Origin: Deferribacterales bacterium
Lineage (GTDB): Bacteria; Chrysiogenota; Deferribacteres; Deferribacterales; Geovibrionaceae
DNA length: 64,000 nt
Direction: 5' to 3'
Assembly: GCA_050253075.1 (NCBI GenBank)
Contig: JBFWJS010000007.1
Coordinates: 1 to 64,000, forward strand
Shown: positions 37,796-48,348 of the stretch, in pieces
Layout of the letters: each line of letters begins with the position of its first letter
How positions within the stretch are numbered: position 1 is the stretch's first letter
Notes under the pieces: model-generated
What the model saw: only the letters and a program-made list of their open reading frames with translations
Told to the model about the DNA's origin: nothing
The model's database searches: none
Made by a program: the position numbers and the translations under genes

Positions 37796-38773
37796 TTACT
37801 CGATAACGCCCATTTCTTTCCAGAACTTCTCAGCACCTGGGTGGAGTTTGAGCTTTGCAGTACCTTTTGTACCGCCGGCGATGCTCATCTCTTTAGCTGT
37901 CTTTTTGATAGTAACGAGGTAAGCGAGGCCTTCCTGGCTGTATACAGATTTGATCATGTTGTAAACAACATCATCAGGCACTTTATCGCTGGCGATCCAG
38001 AGAGCTGAATCCTGGAAGGATTTAACAGTTTCTGTCTGGCCTTTGTAAGTGTTTGCAGGGATATCAAGTCCGCTGTAGAATGGGAATTCTTCGAATACGC
38101 CATGGCTTACAGCGTCAGTGTAAACATCTATGAGTTTGATATCGTTCTGCTGTGCAGCTTGGATAACAGCAGCTGTAGGATATCCTGCGAATATCCAGAA
38201 AGCGTCGAGCTGTTTGTTGCTGAAAGCAGCAGCAGCGTTGTTATAACCGAGGAACTGTGGCTCCATTTTGTCCCAAACGCCCATTCCTTTGAAGAAACGC
38301 TCAGCGTTTGCAGCAGCACCGGAACCGCCTTTACCAACAGCTACTCTCTTACCTGCGAGGTCAGCAGCAGAGTTGATACCGGAATCGGCTCTTACGATAA
38401 GCTGAGCAGGCGCACCGTAAAGATAACCGACAGCTCTGATACCCTCATAAGTTGTTGTGTCCTGAGGTGAGAGCTTTCCAACGGAAGCGAGGTATGTGTC
38501 ACCGGCGTATGCAATACCGAAATCGGCTTTACCGGCGGAAATGAGTCTTACGTTCTGGGTTGAGCCCGCAGAAGCAGAAACGTTAACCTTATTCATACCA
38601 AGAAGTTTTTTGTCATTTGTCCACTGGCTGATACCTGAAGCGAAGTACTGGAATGTACCGCCGGAAGGTCCGCCGGAGAACTTGTAGACTTTTGCTTCGG
38701 ATGAAGCAGGAAATGCTACAAGAACAGCTGTTACAGCAAAAACTGCAGCAAGTGTCATGATGAACTTTTTCAT
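37796..38773 (-). CDS. TAXI-family TRAP solute-binding protein
   Basis: Signal peptide; SGGPSGGTF, SAGS.QN, GKRVAVG..GSG, LHPGA; start at MKKFIM after GGAGG. Confidence 0.93.
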   Translation of the reverse strand: MKKFIMTLAAVFAVTAVLVAFPASSEAKVYKFSGGPSGGTFQYFASGISQWTNDKKLLGMNKVNVSASAGSTQNVRLISAGKADFGIAYAGDTYLASVGKLSPQDTTTYEGIRAVGYLYGAPAQLIVRADSGINSAADLAGKRVAVGKGGSGAAANAERFFKGMGVWDKMEPQFLGYNNAAAAFSNKQLDAFWIFAGYPTAAVIQAAQQNDIKLIDVYTDAVSHGVFEEFPFYSGLDIPANTYKGQTETVKSFQDSALWIASDKVPDDVVYNMIKSVYSQEGLAYLVTIKKTAKEMSIAGGTKGTAKLKLHPGAEKFWKEMGVIE

Positions 38774-38982
38774 AGAACATCCTCCTTTCAAATACATAGA
38801 TAAACTTTTTATCATGGGTAATTAAATAATACAAGATTATTTTATATTTGTAAGGAAGAATACAGACGCAACAGTAAGTCTAGTCTAAATGTTTATAAAA
38901 GAAGACTAAATTTCTATGAAACAAAGTTAAAATGCGTTCTGTTATTGTTAATGTAAAGAAACTGCGTGCCTAGTATGTTTTA

Positions 38983-39438
38983 CTATTGCAAAACTTTTCT
39001 CACCACGAAAACACAGCAATTTGCTTTACGTACAACCTTTTCTGTTGTACTGCCTGTGAAGAAGCCTTCCAGAGCGTTTTTACCTTTGGATGATATAACG
39101 ATGAGGTCCACTGCGAGCTTGTCGGACAGCTTCAGTATTTTGTCATAAGGAGAACCTGTCTCGTAGTGTGTCTCATACACGATATCTGTGCCTGCGAGGT
39201 ATTTGTCTATCTTTGCCTGCATGAGCTGAGCGTTGTAGTCGGAGAGGTGCTTTTTAACTTCGCCGATCTTCTCGTCATCGAGGAAAAACATAGGCATATG
39301 CTCTGTATCCTGAGTGGAAACATGGACAAGGTGTATCTTAGAACCGAACTCCTTCGCGAGCTCAACAGCCTGTGCGAGTGCAGCTTCGGAATATTCTGAA
39401 AAGTCTGTTGGGACAAGTATCTCTTTGGGTCTAAACAT
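38983..39438 (-). CDS. Universal stress protein
   Basis: ILVPTDFS, DLIVISSKG..GSTTEKVVR..CCVFVV. Confidence 0.93.
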   Translation of the reverse strand: MFRPKEILVPTDFSEYSEAALAQAVELAKEFGSKIHLVHVSTQDTEHMPMFFLDDEKIGEVKKHLSDYNAQLMQAKIDKYLAGTDIVYETHYETGSPYDKILKLSDKLAVDLIVISSKGKNALEGFFTGSTTEKVVRKANCCVFVVRKVLQ

Positions 39439-39478
39439 TGTAGCCTCCGAATGAAATTATATATAATGCAGTATAACG

Positions 39479-40234
39479 CTAAATATCTAGTTCCGCTATG
39501 GAATTTATAAAATTATCAGTCAGCTTGCTCACGCCGGGGAAGCGGTTCAGGTATGTTTCTTTACAGTGGAGCATTACACGCTCGCCCGGTGTACCGCCGT
39601 AAAGTTCGTCGCCGTATATCGGATGCCCGAGGTGGGCTAGGTAAGCTCTGAGCTGGTGCCTTGCGGCGTTTTCCATCTCGCATTTAACAAGGGTGCAGCT
39701 CCCGTATTTTTCGACAGGGGTGAATGTCGTCATGTATCCGCCTTTTTCATCGGTGACCTTCACCTTGCGCTTCTTATCGGCGTCTATGATGTTATCCATC
39801 TGAACGGTCTCTTTGAATTCACCGTGTACGAGAGCCAGATAAACCTTTCTGGTTTCGAAAACGAAAAAGCCGTCCCAAACGGCGGAGATCACGCCGTCTG
39901 TGGTATAGTCCAGACGTGATATAAAGCTGAATTCAGGGGAGAATTCCCTCAGAACGTCCTCCATAGTGACAGGGTCGTCGGGCTTTTGCAGGTCTGTGTG
40001 CATCCCCGCAGGTTTGTCAAAGTAGACAATGTATTCAAACTCTCTGGCAATGTAGTCCGCAGGGTTCGGCTTTGGTCTTTCGACCTCAGCTTTAAGGCTC
40101 AGTTCGCCTTCGTCGCTGTCTAGGTCTTTTGTGACGGTGATGCCGTCCACAGACATAAAGCCTTCTTTAATATACTTTTTAGCCACACGTACGGATATGC
40201 CGTACTGTTCTGATAAACGTCTGGAGTATCTCAT
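39479..40234 (-). CDS. RluA-family pseudouridine synthase with S4-like N-terminus
   Basis: KPAG, SRLD..TDG, RHQLRAYLAHLGHPIYGDELYG. Confidence 0.88.
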   Translation of the reverse strand: MRYSRRLSEQYGISVRVAKKYIKEGFMSVDGITVTKDLDSDEGELSLKAEVERPKPNPADYIAREFEYIVYFDKPAGMHTDLQKPDDPVTMEDVLREFSPEFSFISRLDYTTDGVISAVWDGFFVFETRKVYLALVHGEFKETVQMDNIIDADKKRKVKVTDEKGGYMTTFTPVEKYGSCTLVKCEMENAARHQLRAYLAHLGHPIYGDELYGGTPGERVMLHCKETYLNRFPGVSKLTDNFINSIAELDI

Positions 40235-40296
40235 AAGAATTTAATCTCATATGTTTTACTTAATTGCAACAGACAAAGAATATGATATAAAAGAAT

Positions 40297-41067
40297 ATGT
40301 TTGAATACAGATACGGAGAGCTCTCCGAAGAAACACTTTTAAAACTGGAAGACATGGGCATTTATCCTATCGAAGAAAGCTTCGTGGGCGAGTCTGTGTG
40401 TAATATAATCTATTTCGATGAAACTCTGCCTGAGATCATCGACGAAGAATACGTAAGCCGTGTGGATGTCGAGGAGACAGGATGGGAGGAAAAATGGAAA
40501 GAATTTATACACCCCGGGTTCCTCACAGACACCATCAGATACGAATTTGATACGGCTTTAGTGTCCGATGAGAACACTATCATAATAAACCCTTCGATGG
40601 CTTTCGGCACAGGCACACACCCGACGACAAGGTGCGCTGCACGCCTGCTGGAGCATGTGTGCGAAGGGAAGAATGTCATGGATATAGGCTGCGGAAGCGG
40701 TATCCTTGCTTTAACAGCGGCAAAGCGCGGTGCGAAAGAGGTCTTTGCTTTTGATAATGACCCTGTGGCGCTGGTAAACACTTACGAAAATATTAAACTG
40801 AACAATATTGATAATATGCACGCATGGGTTGGTGAGATAGGCGGATTCAAAGGTGAGGTGGATGTCGTAGTGGCAAACATCATCACATCCGTGCTGAAGA
40901 TCATCCATCCCGACGTGATGAAGCTGAAGCCTGAATACATCGTATATTCAGGGATATTAGACTCTGAGTGCGAAGGGTTCATATCCGCATTAGACCTCGA
41001 GGGTTATGATGTGGTGGACACCAGCAGCATCGAAGAATGGCGCGGAGTGCTTATAAAATGCCGGTAA
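40297..41067 (+). CDS. prmA: Ribosomal protein L11 methyltransferase
   Basis: PSMAFGTGTHPTT, DIGCGSGIL, VVANI, SGIL. Confidence 0.95.
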   Translation: MFEYRYGELSEETLLKLEDMGIYPIEESFVGESVCNIIYFDETLPEIIDEEYVSRVDVEETGWEEKWKEFIHPGFLTDTIRYEFDTALVSDENTIIINPSMAFGTGTHPTTRCAARLLEHVCEGKNVMDIGCGSGILALTAAKRGAKEVFAFDNDPVALVNTYENIKLNNIDNMHAWVGEIGGFKGEVDVVVANIITSVLKIIHPDVMKLKPEYIVYSGILDSECEGFISALDLEGYDVVDTSSIEEWRGVLIKCR

Positions 41068-41822
41068 CAGCCGTAATAGGCGATATCCACGGGTGCATCC
41101 GCACTCTGGATAAGTTGATAAACGACATTGAAAAACGTTTCAGCGATGTACAGTATATCTCCCTCGGCGACATCATAGACAGAGGGCCGGGAATATGCGA
41201 TGTCATGCGTCTGCTGATGATGATGAAGTCCGAAGGAAAGCTGGAGATGCTTCGTGGAAACCACGAAGACGTGCTCATAGACTTCGCCGATAAGACAAAC
41301 GACTACAGCCACCAGAGATGGCTCGATTACGGCGGTCGTGAGACCCTTGCGTGCCTCTCGGGCAGGTCTATCCCATATCATGCCGAAGACCTCGATGCGG
41401 ATGACTATATTCCGTATATAAAGCCTTTTCTTGAATTCCTAGAGAGTGCCGAATACAAGCTCGGTATGAGATTTGACAATAACAACTTCATGTTTTCCCA
41501 TGCAGGGATAGGGCCTTCCATAGGTAAGTCCCACATGGTCGAAGAATTTCAGGCCAGGGAGAACTATCTCTTTATGTGGTCACGTGATACATGGCGCTCC
41601 ACAGAGCAGTATTACGGATATACCATGGTGCACGGGCACACACCAGTGAAAGAGATAGAGGTTCACAACGACCCTCACAAACCGTTCGTAAACAAAAACA
41701 AAAGGGGCGAGCTGGTGAGCATCGCACTCGATACAGGCTGTGTATACGGCTATTCTCTCAGCAGCATGATAATAGACACCTGTGGGGATTATGAATTTCT
41801 CTCTGTGAGGAACTGTGAATGA
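41058..41822 (+). CDS. Calcineurin-like metallophosphoesterase (PPP/ApaH-like)
   Basis: GDIHG, GDIIDRG, RGNHE, HAG, HGHT, DTG. Confidence 0.92.
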   Translation: MPVTAVIGDIHGCIRTLDKLINDIEKRFSDVQYISLGDIIDRGPGICDVMRLLMMMKSEGKLEMLRGNHEDVLIDFADKTNDYSHQRWLDYGGRETLACLSGRSIPYHAEDLDADDYIPYIKPFLEFLESAEYKLGMRFDNNNFMFSHAGIGPSIGKSHMVEEFQARENYLFMWSRDTWRSTEQYYGYTMVHGHTPVKEIEVHNDPHKPFVNKNKRGELVSIALDTGCVYGYSLSSMIIDTCGDYEFLSVRNCE

Positions 41823-42505
41823 AGCGCATATTCTATGAAGGAAAACTGAACAGTATAATAGAGATAGAGGGGGACTACTTCCACTATCTCAAAAATGTGA
41901 TAAGGGCGAAAGCGGGTGACAGGCTCGGCATCCTCACCGTGGATGAGTTCGCCGAATGTACGATAACAGAGATGGGCAAAAGGAACGGACTGATAACAGT
42001 CGATACGAAACGCCCGATAAAAGAACACTCCCACAGGCTGAAGGTGTATCAGTGCCTTTTAAAGCGTGAATACATGGACTTCGCCGTTGAAAAATATACA
42101 GAACTGGGCGCTACAGAGATAGTACCCGTGATATCAGACCGCAGTCTGAACGACCTGAAAGATAAAACCATGCAGAGGTTCATAGACATATCCGTCAAGG
42201 CTGCCCTGCAGTCAGAGAACGAGCAGCTCCCGATAATATCCGATGCTATCGACATAAAAGATGTCATGGCAGACGCTGAGTCGAACGTACTCTTTTATGA
42301 GCGGTGCGAAGAGAAGGGGGGCATCACCCCGTCAAAGGATATGAGCATCATCATAGGTCCCGAGGGGGGCTTCACCGATGAGGAATATGCTATGCTGGCG
42401 GCCAAGGGCTTTGTGCCTGTGCGCCCCATAGAACAGATATTAAAGGCGGAGACGGCATCAGTGGTCTTCACAGGATATATCCGCATAATGCAGGAGACCA
42501 TCTGA
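41819..42505 (+). CDS. rsmE: 16S rRNA m3U1498 methyltransferase
   Basis: HYLKNVIR, EKYTELG, IGPEGGF, ILKAETA. Confidence 0.93.
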   Translation: MKRIFYEGKLNSIIEIEGDYFHYLKNVIRAKAGDRLGILTVDEFAECTITEMGKRNGLITVDTKRPIKEHSHRLKVYQCLLKREYMDFAVEKYTELGATEIVPVISDRSLNDLKDKTMQRFIDISVKAALQSENEQLPIISDAIDIKDVMADAESNVLFYERCEEKGGITPSKDMSIIIGPEGGFTDEEYAMLAAKGFVPVRPIEQILKAETASVVFTGYIRIMQETI

Positions 42506-42978
42506 TGGATGAGTTCACCCCGCAGGATGAGCTGTACATGCAGGAAGCCATCAGAGAGGCAGAAAGGGCAGCAGAAAAAGGCGAAGTGCCAATAGGCGCT
42601 GTCATAGTCTGCGAAGGCGAGATAATCGGCAGGGGTTCAAACAGTAAGAACAGCGGTAAATCGGCACTGAAACATGCAGAGATAATAGCCATAGAGGACG
42701 CTTCGTCTAAGATAGGCGACTGGCGTCTGGACGAGTGCTCCCTTTATGTGACGCTGGAGCCGTGTCTTATGTGTGCCGGTGCTATAATACACGCCAGAGT
42801 GCGTAATGTGATATTCGGTACGGCAGAGCCGAAGTTTGGCGGTGTGGTGACACTGGCGCATACTTTCGACATCGAAGGGCTGAATCATAAGGTGAATTAT
42901 AAAGGCGGACTCTACGCTGAGGAGATATCCGCCATGATGAAATCTTTCTTTAAAGAGATACGTTCGAAAAAGTCCTAA
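42505..42978 (+). CDS. tadA: tRNA adenosine(34) deaminase
   Basis: GEVPIGAV, HAE, WRL, TLEPCLMCAGA. Confidence 0.93.
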   Translation: MDEFTPQDELYMQEAIREAERAAEKGEVPIGAVIVCEGEIIGRGSNSKNSGKSALKHAEIIAIEDASSKIGDWRLDECSLYVTLEPCLMCAGAIIHARVRNVIFGTAEPKFGGVVTLAHTFDIEGLNHKVNYKGGLYAEEISAMMKSFFKEIRSKKS

Positions 42979-43349
42979 GAATAGGGGACATCCTCTTCGA
43001 ATCTGGTGAGGAACTCTGATATGACAACCTTGTCGTATTCCTCGATATCTTCAAATCTGAATGCTACAAACCTCTTTCCGTATTTCATATTTACGGTATC
43101 AGGCTCGATGCGCCAGACCATTGCTTTTGTATATATCAGGTCTTTGCCTTCGGCGAGAGGTATCTCTATCTGACATTCGTATTTTTCATAGATGCAGAAG
43201 TCCACGTTTGTCCTTATCTGCATACCGCCGAGGCTGATGTCTATCATTTCGTTGGAGCGGAACTCTCCGTCTCTCTTGAGATAAACTTTGATAGGAACGG
43301 CTGAATACCGCTTAAACTGTCTTCTTTCTTCTTTTAGTGCTGTGCCCAT
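42975..43349 (-). CDS. Single-domain PilZ protein
   Basis: RRQFKR (RxxxR) and DISLGG (DxSxGG) c-di-GMP-binding motifs. Confidence 0.88.
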   Translation of the reverse strand: MGTALKEERRQFKRYSAVPIKVYLKRDGEFRSNEMIDISLGGMQIRTNVDFCIYEKYECQIEIPLAEGKDLIYTKAMVWRIEPDTVNMKYGKRFVAFRFEDIEEYDKVVISEFLTRFEEDVPYS

Positions 43350-43449
43350 TGTAATCCCCGATTTTTAACGTTTTCAAAAAAGAATAATTTTAGTCCGTAA
43401 TTAGAGATTATTATGCAAATGATCTCAAAAATCCACACGTAAAATCGTT

Positions 43450-45396
43450 TTACATAAAAAAGTAAGGATCTCTGTCTACCTTTATGCGGAGCGTTGATTT
43501 CTCATGGTTTTTGACTATCTGTGAGGCTGTGCGGATGAGCCTTGTCAGCTCATTATTTGAGGGGCTTTTTATGATTATCCCGTAGCGGAATCTGTTCTGT
43601 ATTTTATATATCGGAGCCTGTGCGGGGTAGAATATTTCTGCCTCGTTTTTCCCCCTGATGAGTGTGTCGTAAAGGAGGAAGGCGGCGTTCTTCACCGTGT
43701 CTTCGTTTGTGTGGGAGAGAGTGATGCGGCACATCTTGTAAAAAGGCGGATATTTGAACAGCTTCCTGCGGTTCATCTCCATCTCATAGAATGAAGTGTC
43801 GAGGCAGTCCAGCCTGTTGAATATATCCAGCTCGGGCATATTGGTCTGTATGATGACACGCCCTTTCTTTTCCGATCTGCCTGCACGCCCCGACAGCTGC
43901 ACGAGGAGCTGATAGGCACGCTCCGCAGCACGGAAATCGGGCAGGGTGAACATGTTGTCTATGTTTATGATGCCTGCCAGTGTCACATTGCTGAAATCCA
44001 GCCCCTTTGCCACGAGCTGTGTGCCCGCCATGATGGGGAACTCGCCCGATTCAAAACTGCCGAGCATCTCAGACAGCTTTTTATATGTCGTCACGTTTTC
44101 GGTGTCTAGCCTTAGTATCTGCTTTTCAAAGACTGATTCCAGCACTTCGGCTACTTTTTCGGTACCTGCGCCGTAGTCACGGATGTCGTCCGAGCCGCAT
44201 TCGAGGCATTTCGGCTTCCGCACTTCCTGTGCGCAGTAGTTGCATTTACATGAGTTTGTGGATTTATAATATGTCACGGCGACGGAACAGTTCGAGCAGT
44301 TCACTACGGCTCCGCATTTACTGCAGTAGAGTGTGTGTGAATAGCCCTTTCTGTTTATCAGCAGTATGACCTGCTCGCCTTTGTTTATAGTTTCGTATAT
44401 TGCGTCGTACATTGGTATGGAGATCACATGGTCTATCGCCTCGTTCTCCTTCATGTCGACTATCTGTATCTCGGGCATATCGGCATCGGGTCTGCACGGG
44501 ATGGAGTGATATCTGTATCTTCCGCTCTGTGCGTTTGCCCAGCTTTCTAGCGAGGGGGTTGCACTGGAGAGTATCACGGGTACATCGAGTATCTTCCCGT
44601 ACATCACGGCCATGTCACGCAGCTGATACGACGGTATCTCGTCCTGTTTATAGCTGCTCTCGTGCTCTTCATCCACGATGATGAGGCCTATCTCCTTAGC
44701 AGGGACGAAAAGTGCGCTCCTTGCGCCCAGCATCATCCTAAGATGTCCCTCTGAGAACGTCCAGAATGCCTCTTTACGCTTCTTTGGAGTCTTTTTGCTG
44801 TGGTAGGATAATATGTCGAACCCCATGCGTGCAGAGAGCCTGTTTTCCATCTGCGGGGTGAGAGATATCTCAGGCACGAGATAAAGCACCTGCTTCCCTT
44901 CGGCTATCACCTTTTTAGCCAGCTCGACGAATATTTCCGTCTTTCCGCTGCCTGTGACACCGTGGACAAGATGGGTGGAGAATCCTTTACCCAGCTCCGG
45001 ATCTATTCCGTCGAAGACAACCATCTGAGCTTCGTTGAGTGTCAGATCCTTCGGCGGGTATTCTTTTATCTCTGTGGTCAGTTTTTCTGCGGAGTATATC
45101 TGCTCGGAGATGACGCCTTTCAGCACCTGTCCCTTTTCTGCGCAATAGTATTCGGATATCCTGCTTATCAGTTCCAGATATTTTTCATTGAATACGGGTG
45201 TCTCGTCGAGCACTTCGACGATGGATTTGTAGCGTATCCCCTCTGCGGGGGAAGCATTTTCGGAAAGGACAATACCTGTGAGGCTCCTGCGTCCGAGCTG
45301 AACATTTACCCTGACGCCTGCTTTTAGAGCGGATTCGGATGTATATGTGTATACACCGCCTGTGGGGACAGGCAGGAGAACATCGTAATACATCAT
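43450..45396 (-). CDS. priA: Primosomal protein N'
   Basis: GVTGSGKT, LVPEISL, DEEH, four CxxC pairs, GTEK, KGLDF, QLSGRAGR. Confidence 0.96.
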   Translation of the reverse strand: MMYYDVLLPVPTGGVYTYTSESALKAGVRVNVQLGRRSLTGIVLSENASPAEGIRYKSIVEVLDETPVFNEKYLELISRISEYYCAEKGQVLKGVISEQIYSAEKLTTEIKEYPPKDLTLNEAQMVVFDGIDPELGKGFSTHLVHGVTGSGKTEIFVELAKKVIAEGKQVLYLVPEISLTPQMENRLSARMGFDILSYHSKKTPKKRKEAFWTFSEGHLRMMLGARSALFVPAKEIGLIIVDEEHESSYKQDEIPSYQLRDMAVMYGKILDVPVILSSATPSLESWANAQSGRYRYHSIPCRPDADMPEIQIVDMKENEAIDHVISIPMYDAIYETINKGEQVILLINRKGYSHTLYCSKCGAVVNCSNCSVAVTYYKSTNSCKCNYCAQEVRKPKCLECGSDDIRDYGAGTEKVAEVLESVFEKQILRLDTENVTTYKKLSEMLGSFESGEFPIMAGTQLVAKGLDFSNVTLAGIINIDNMFTLPDFRAAERAYQLLVQLSGRAGRSEKKGRVIIQTNMPELDIFNRLDCLDTSFYEMEMNRRKLFKYPPFYKMCRITLSHTNEDTVKNAAFLLYDTLIRGKNEAEIFYPAQAPIYKIQNRFRYGIIIKSPSNNELTRLIRTASQIVKNHEKSTLRIKVDRDPYFFM

Positions 45397-46925
45397 TTCT
45401 CCAGAGCTTTCGCCTTCAGCTCTCTCTTAAGTATCTTTCCTGTGGCAGTCATGGGGAGGTTATGTTCCACATTTATATTTTTCGGCAGTTTGAAGTTTGC
45501 CAGATGATTTTTCAGATATATTCTGAGGTCTTTATCCGTGAGGTCAAAGCCTTCCTTCGGTTTGACGTATGCCACGGGTATCTCTCCGCTGGCTTTGTCG
45601 GGCAGACCGATAACGGCAGCAGCCTCGACACCTTCGTGCTTGTGGAGTACCTCTTCGATCTCTCTGGGGTAGACGTTCATCCCTTTAACGATGATGAGAT
45701 CCTTTTTACGGTCTACTATGTAGATGTATCCGTCGTCGTCAATCTTTGCGAGGTCTCCTGTGAAGAGCCATCCGTTGCGGAGTGCCTTTTCACTCAGCTC
45801 TGGCATGTTCCAGTATCCGCTCATTACGTTCGGACCTCTGACGATCAGCTCGCCCACTTCTCCGTTTGAAAGCTCCTTTTCGTATTCATCCACAACCTTC
45901 ACCTCGACGCCTTTCAGCGCAGGGCCGACAGAGAGCGGCTTCTGCTCTTTCAGCAGGTTTGCAGAGACCACGGGGGATGCTTCGGAAAGTCCGTAGCCCT
46001 CGATGATAGGTCTGCCGAATTTCTCTCTGAACTGCTCGAGTGTCTCCTCGGGGAGAGGCGCACCGCCGCTTACATGCAGACGGATAGGGTAGATGAATTT
46101 GAGGAACAGCTTCGGCATTTTTGCCTTCAGGAGTGCGGTGTAAACCTGCGGAACTCCGAGGAAGAATGTCGGGCGTTTGTATATGAGTATCTTTTTAAAT
46201 GTTTTCTTTTTAAGGTCGTTCACGCTTTCGAGTATGACGATGGATGAGCCGACGTATGTGGGCAGTATCACGCATGTCATCATAGCATAAGAGTGGAAAG
46301 CGGGGAGGAACAGCAGGAACCTGTCGTTTATGGTCACTTTAAACCTTGCGAGGCAGGCGGCTGTGTTCTGTGTCATGTTGTTATGGCTGAGCATAGCACC
46401 CTTTGGGTGTCCTGTAGTGCCCGATGAATATACGAAAACGGCGAGGTCGTCGTGTGATATATCCAGATTCGGGTTTGAAGTGCTGAGCCCTTCGGCTGTA
46501 TTGATATTTTCGGATGTGAATCCTGTCTCAGTGAATGCGAGCACTCCCTCAAGCCCTTCGCAGAGCGGGCAGATGCCCGATGCTACATGCTCGAACTGGT
46601 GCGAAGTGATGAAGTATTTTGCTCCGCTGTCGTTTATCATGTAGGCCACTTCCTCCTGTTTGAGGAAGGTGTTCACGGGGATGGCTATGGCGCCGGCTTT
46701 CAGAATGCCGAAGAAGGATACGAAAAAGTTAGGACAGTTCTCCATCATAAGGGCTATCCTGTCGCCTTTTTCCACACCTTTGCTTATCAGCAGGTGAGCC
46801 AGCTTGTTCGCCGATGCATTTATCTCTTTGTACGTATGTTTCTCATCATTGAAGAACAGGTATTTTTTACGACCTTGTCTCTCCGCCTGAGTTTCCAAAC
46901 ATTTGTGTACGAGATCAATATGCAT
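45393..46925 (-). CDS. Long-chain fatty acid-CoA ligase
   Basis: YSSGTTGHPKG, EGYGLSE, TGD, DRKKD, NVYPREIE, GKILK. Confidence 0.92.
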   Translation of the reverse strand: MHIDLVHKCLETQAERQGRKKYLFFNDEKHTYKEINASANKLAHLLISKGVEKGDRIALMMENCPNFFVSFFGILKAGAIAIPVNTFLKQEEVAYMINDSGAKYFITSHQFEHVASGICPLCEGLEGVLAFTETGFTSENINTAEGLSTSNPNLDISHDDLAVFVYSSGTTGHPKGAMLSHNNMTQNTAACLARFKVTINDRFLLFLPAFHSYAMMTCVILPTYVGSSIVILESVNDLKKKTFKKILIYKRPTFFLGVPQVYTALLKAKMPKLFLKFIYPIRLHVSGGAPLPEETLEQFREKFGRPIIEGYGLSEASPVVSANLLKEQKPLSVGPALKGVEVKVVDEYEKELSNGEVGELIVRGPNVMSGYWNMPELSEKALRNGWLFTGDLAKIDDDGYIYIVDRKKDLIIVKGMNVYPREIEEVLHKHEGVEAAAVIGLPDKASGEIPVAYVKPKEGFDLTDKDLRIYLKNHLANFKLPKNINVEHNLPMTATGKILKRELKAKALEK

Positions 46926-47517
46926 TCAGTCCTCCGGGGCGTACGCCGAATTTAATGAGTCTCTCGAAAAGCTCTGCAACGGGGAGACCTACGACGTTGT
47001 CATAGCATCCGTCTATCTTCTCCACCATAAGGCATCCTTTGCCCTGAATGGCGTAAGAGCCTGCTTTATCGAAAGGTTCTTCTGATTTTATATACCATCT
47101 GATGAAATCATCAGAATAGTTTTTGAAATAAACGTCTGTGGTGCGGTGGAATCTCTCGCACACTGCGGCACGCTTGTTTATGATAGCGACGCCTGTGGTC
47201 ACCTGATGCTTTTTGCCTCTGAGGAACTGGAGCGTCTCTACGACATCCTGCTCGCCTTTTGGCTTGCCGAAGATGCGCCCCTCGCATGAGACGATGGTGT
47301 CCGCTGCGATGATGAACGCCTCGTCATAAAGGTTTGCTACGTCGTAGCCCTTCATTGCGGCATTTTTAATGGTAAGGTCGCCCACTGCGATGTTCGGGTT
47401 CATGTCTTCTTTCGCTGTGGATGTTACGTATTGGAAGTTTAAGCCTATTCTTGTCATCAGCTCGCGTCTGCGTGGTGAGCCGCTAGCCAGTATTATCTTT
47501 TGTATGTGTAAGTGCAC
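46915..47517 (-). CDS. maf: Maf-family nucleoside triphosphate pyrophosphatase
   Basis: LASGSPRR, ADT, KP, DKAGSY, NVVGLP; GTG start. Confidence 0.95.
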   Translation of the reverse strand: MHLHIQKIILASGSPRRRELMTRIGLNFQYVTSTAKEDMNPNIAVGDLTIKNAAMKGYDVANLYDEAFIIAADTIVSCEGRIFGKPKGEQDVVETLQFLRGKKHQVTTGVAIINKRAAVCERFHRTTDVYFKNYSDDFIRWYIKSEEPFDKAGSYAIQGKGCLMVEKIDGCYDNVVGLPVAELFERLIKFGVRPGGLNAY

Positions 47518-48023
47518 TATTCAACCTCGGGAAAATTTTTAAGTATCTGTATGGTTATATAGCCCGTCACAGCACCCGTAAGCACTGAAAAGAGCGTAAA
47601 ATACGGTAATAAGTTATAGATCGCATCTGTCTTTATGTAAAGGTTTTTTACGGTAAAAAACTGGACGCAGATATGCACGAAAGCACCGAGAGAACCTATG
47701 GAAACGGGGCTGGTGAACCTGCGGGTGAGATAAATGAAAAATGCCATAGTAAGGGTGGACATTATCGTAGCGGGGAGCCCGATAGACATCTTTACTATCA
47801 GGTTGCCCGTTAAGAGCGGGACGAGTATCCCCTTTGCCAGTGCGACATATATCGCAGCAGGGAGATCGAGCAGATACAGGCACATCATGATGCCCACGTT
47901 CGAAAGCCCGAGCCTGACACCCGGCACAGGGAGCGCGATGAATGTCTCGAACACTCCGAGCGTGACGGTCAGAGCGGCGAAGAGCCCCGTTAGAGCCAGC
48001 CTCTTATTCTGAATATCCGTCAT
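47517..48023 (-). CDS. Gx transporter family (heptaprenyl diphosphate synthase component I-like) membrane protein
   Basis: 'E...LPVPGVRLGLSN', 'SLGAFVH...Q', 'GAVTG'; about five transmembrane helices. Confidence 0.85.
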   Translation of the reverse strand: MTDIQNKRLALTGLFAALTVTLGVFETFIALPVPGVRLGLSNVGIMMCLYLLDLPAAIYVALAKGILVPLLTGNLIVKMSIGLPATIMSTLTMAFFIYLTRRFTSPVSIGSLGAFVHICVQFFTVKNLYIKTDAIYNLLPYFTLFSVLTGAVTGYITIQILKNFPEVE

Positions 48024-48348
48024 ACTCTTCCTCTTTACACTCTATGACGAGGGCATATTTGTTCGGCACACAGGCGACAGTATCTCCGCACTTTTCCGCC
48101 CATCCTGCATGTATGCATATCTGGTTCGGGCAGTCGCTTTCGATGAACCTTGCGCCGTCTTTAGTCACTTCTATTATCACGTCTCCGCCGTCGAGGGTTA
48201 TCTTATGCTCTTTCAGGGGGATGCGCGTCTTTTCATCTTTGCTGATGAGGTACAGCTTCTTTTCCCCCGAGCTCTTTTCAGCCAGAAAGAAGAGGGGGAT
48301 GAGGAGAAGTATCAGTATGAGTGCGATGTCGGTTTTAGTTATCTTCAA
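48004..48348 (-). CDS. NusG domain II-containing membrane-anchored protein
   Basis: N-terminal helix after 'TKTDI'; SDCPNQIC..GW..G..VACVPNK motif. Confidence 0.85.
   Translation of the reverse strand: MKITKTDIALILILLLIPLFFLAEKSSGEKKLYLISKDEKTRIPLKEHKITLDGGDVIIEVTKDGARFIESDCPNQICIHAGWAEKCGDTVACVPNKYALVIECKEEEYDGYSE

Noticed and set aside
38881..38908. tagtct...agacta inverted repeat upstream of the TAXI gene
   Set aside because: Only 6 bp in AT-rich DNA; not distinguishable from chance
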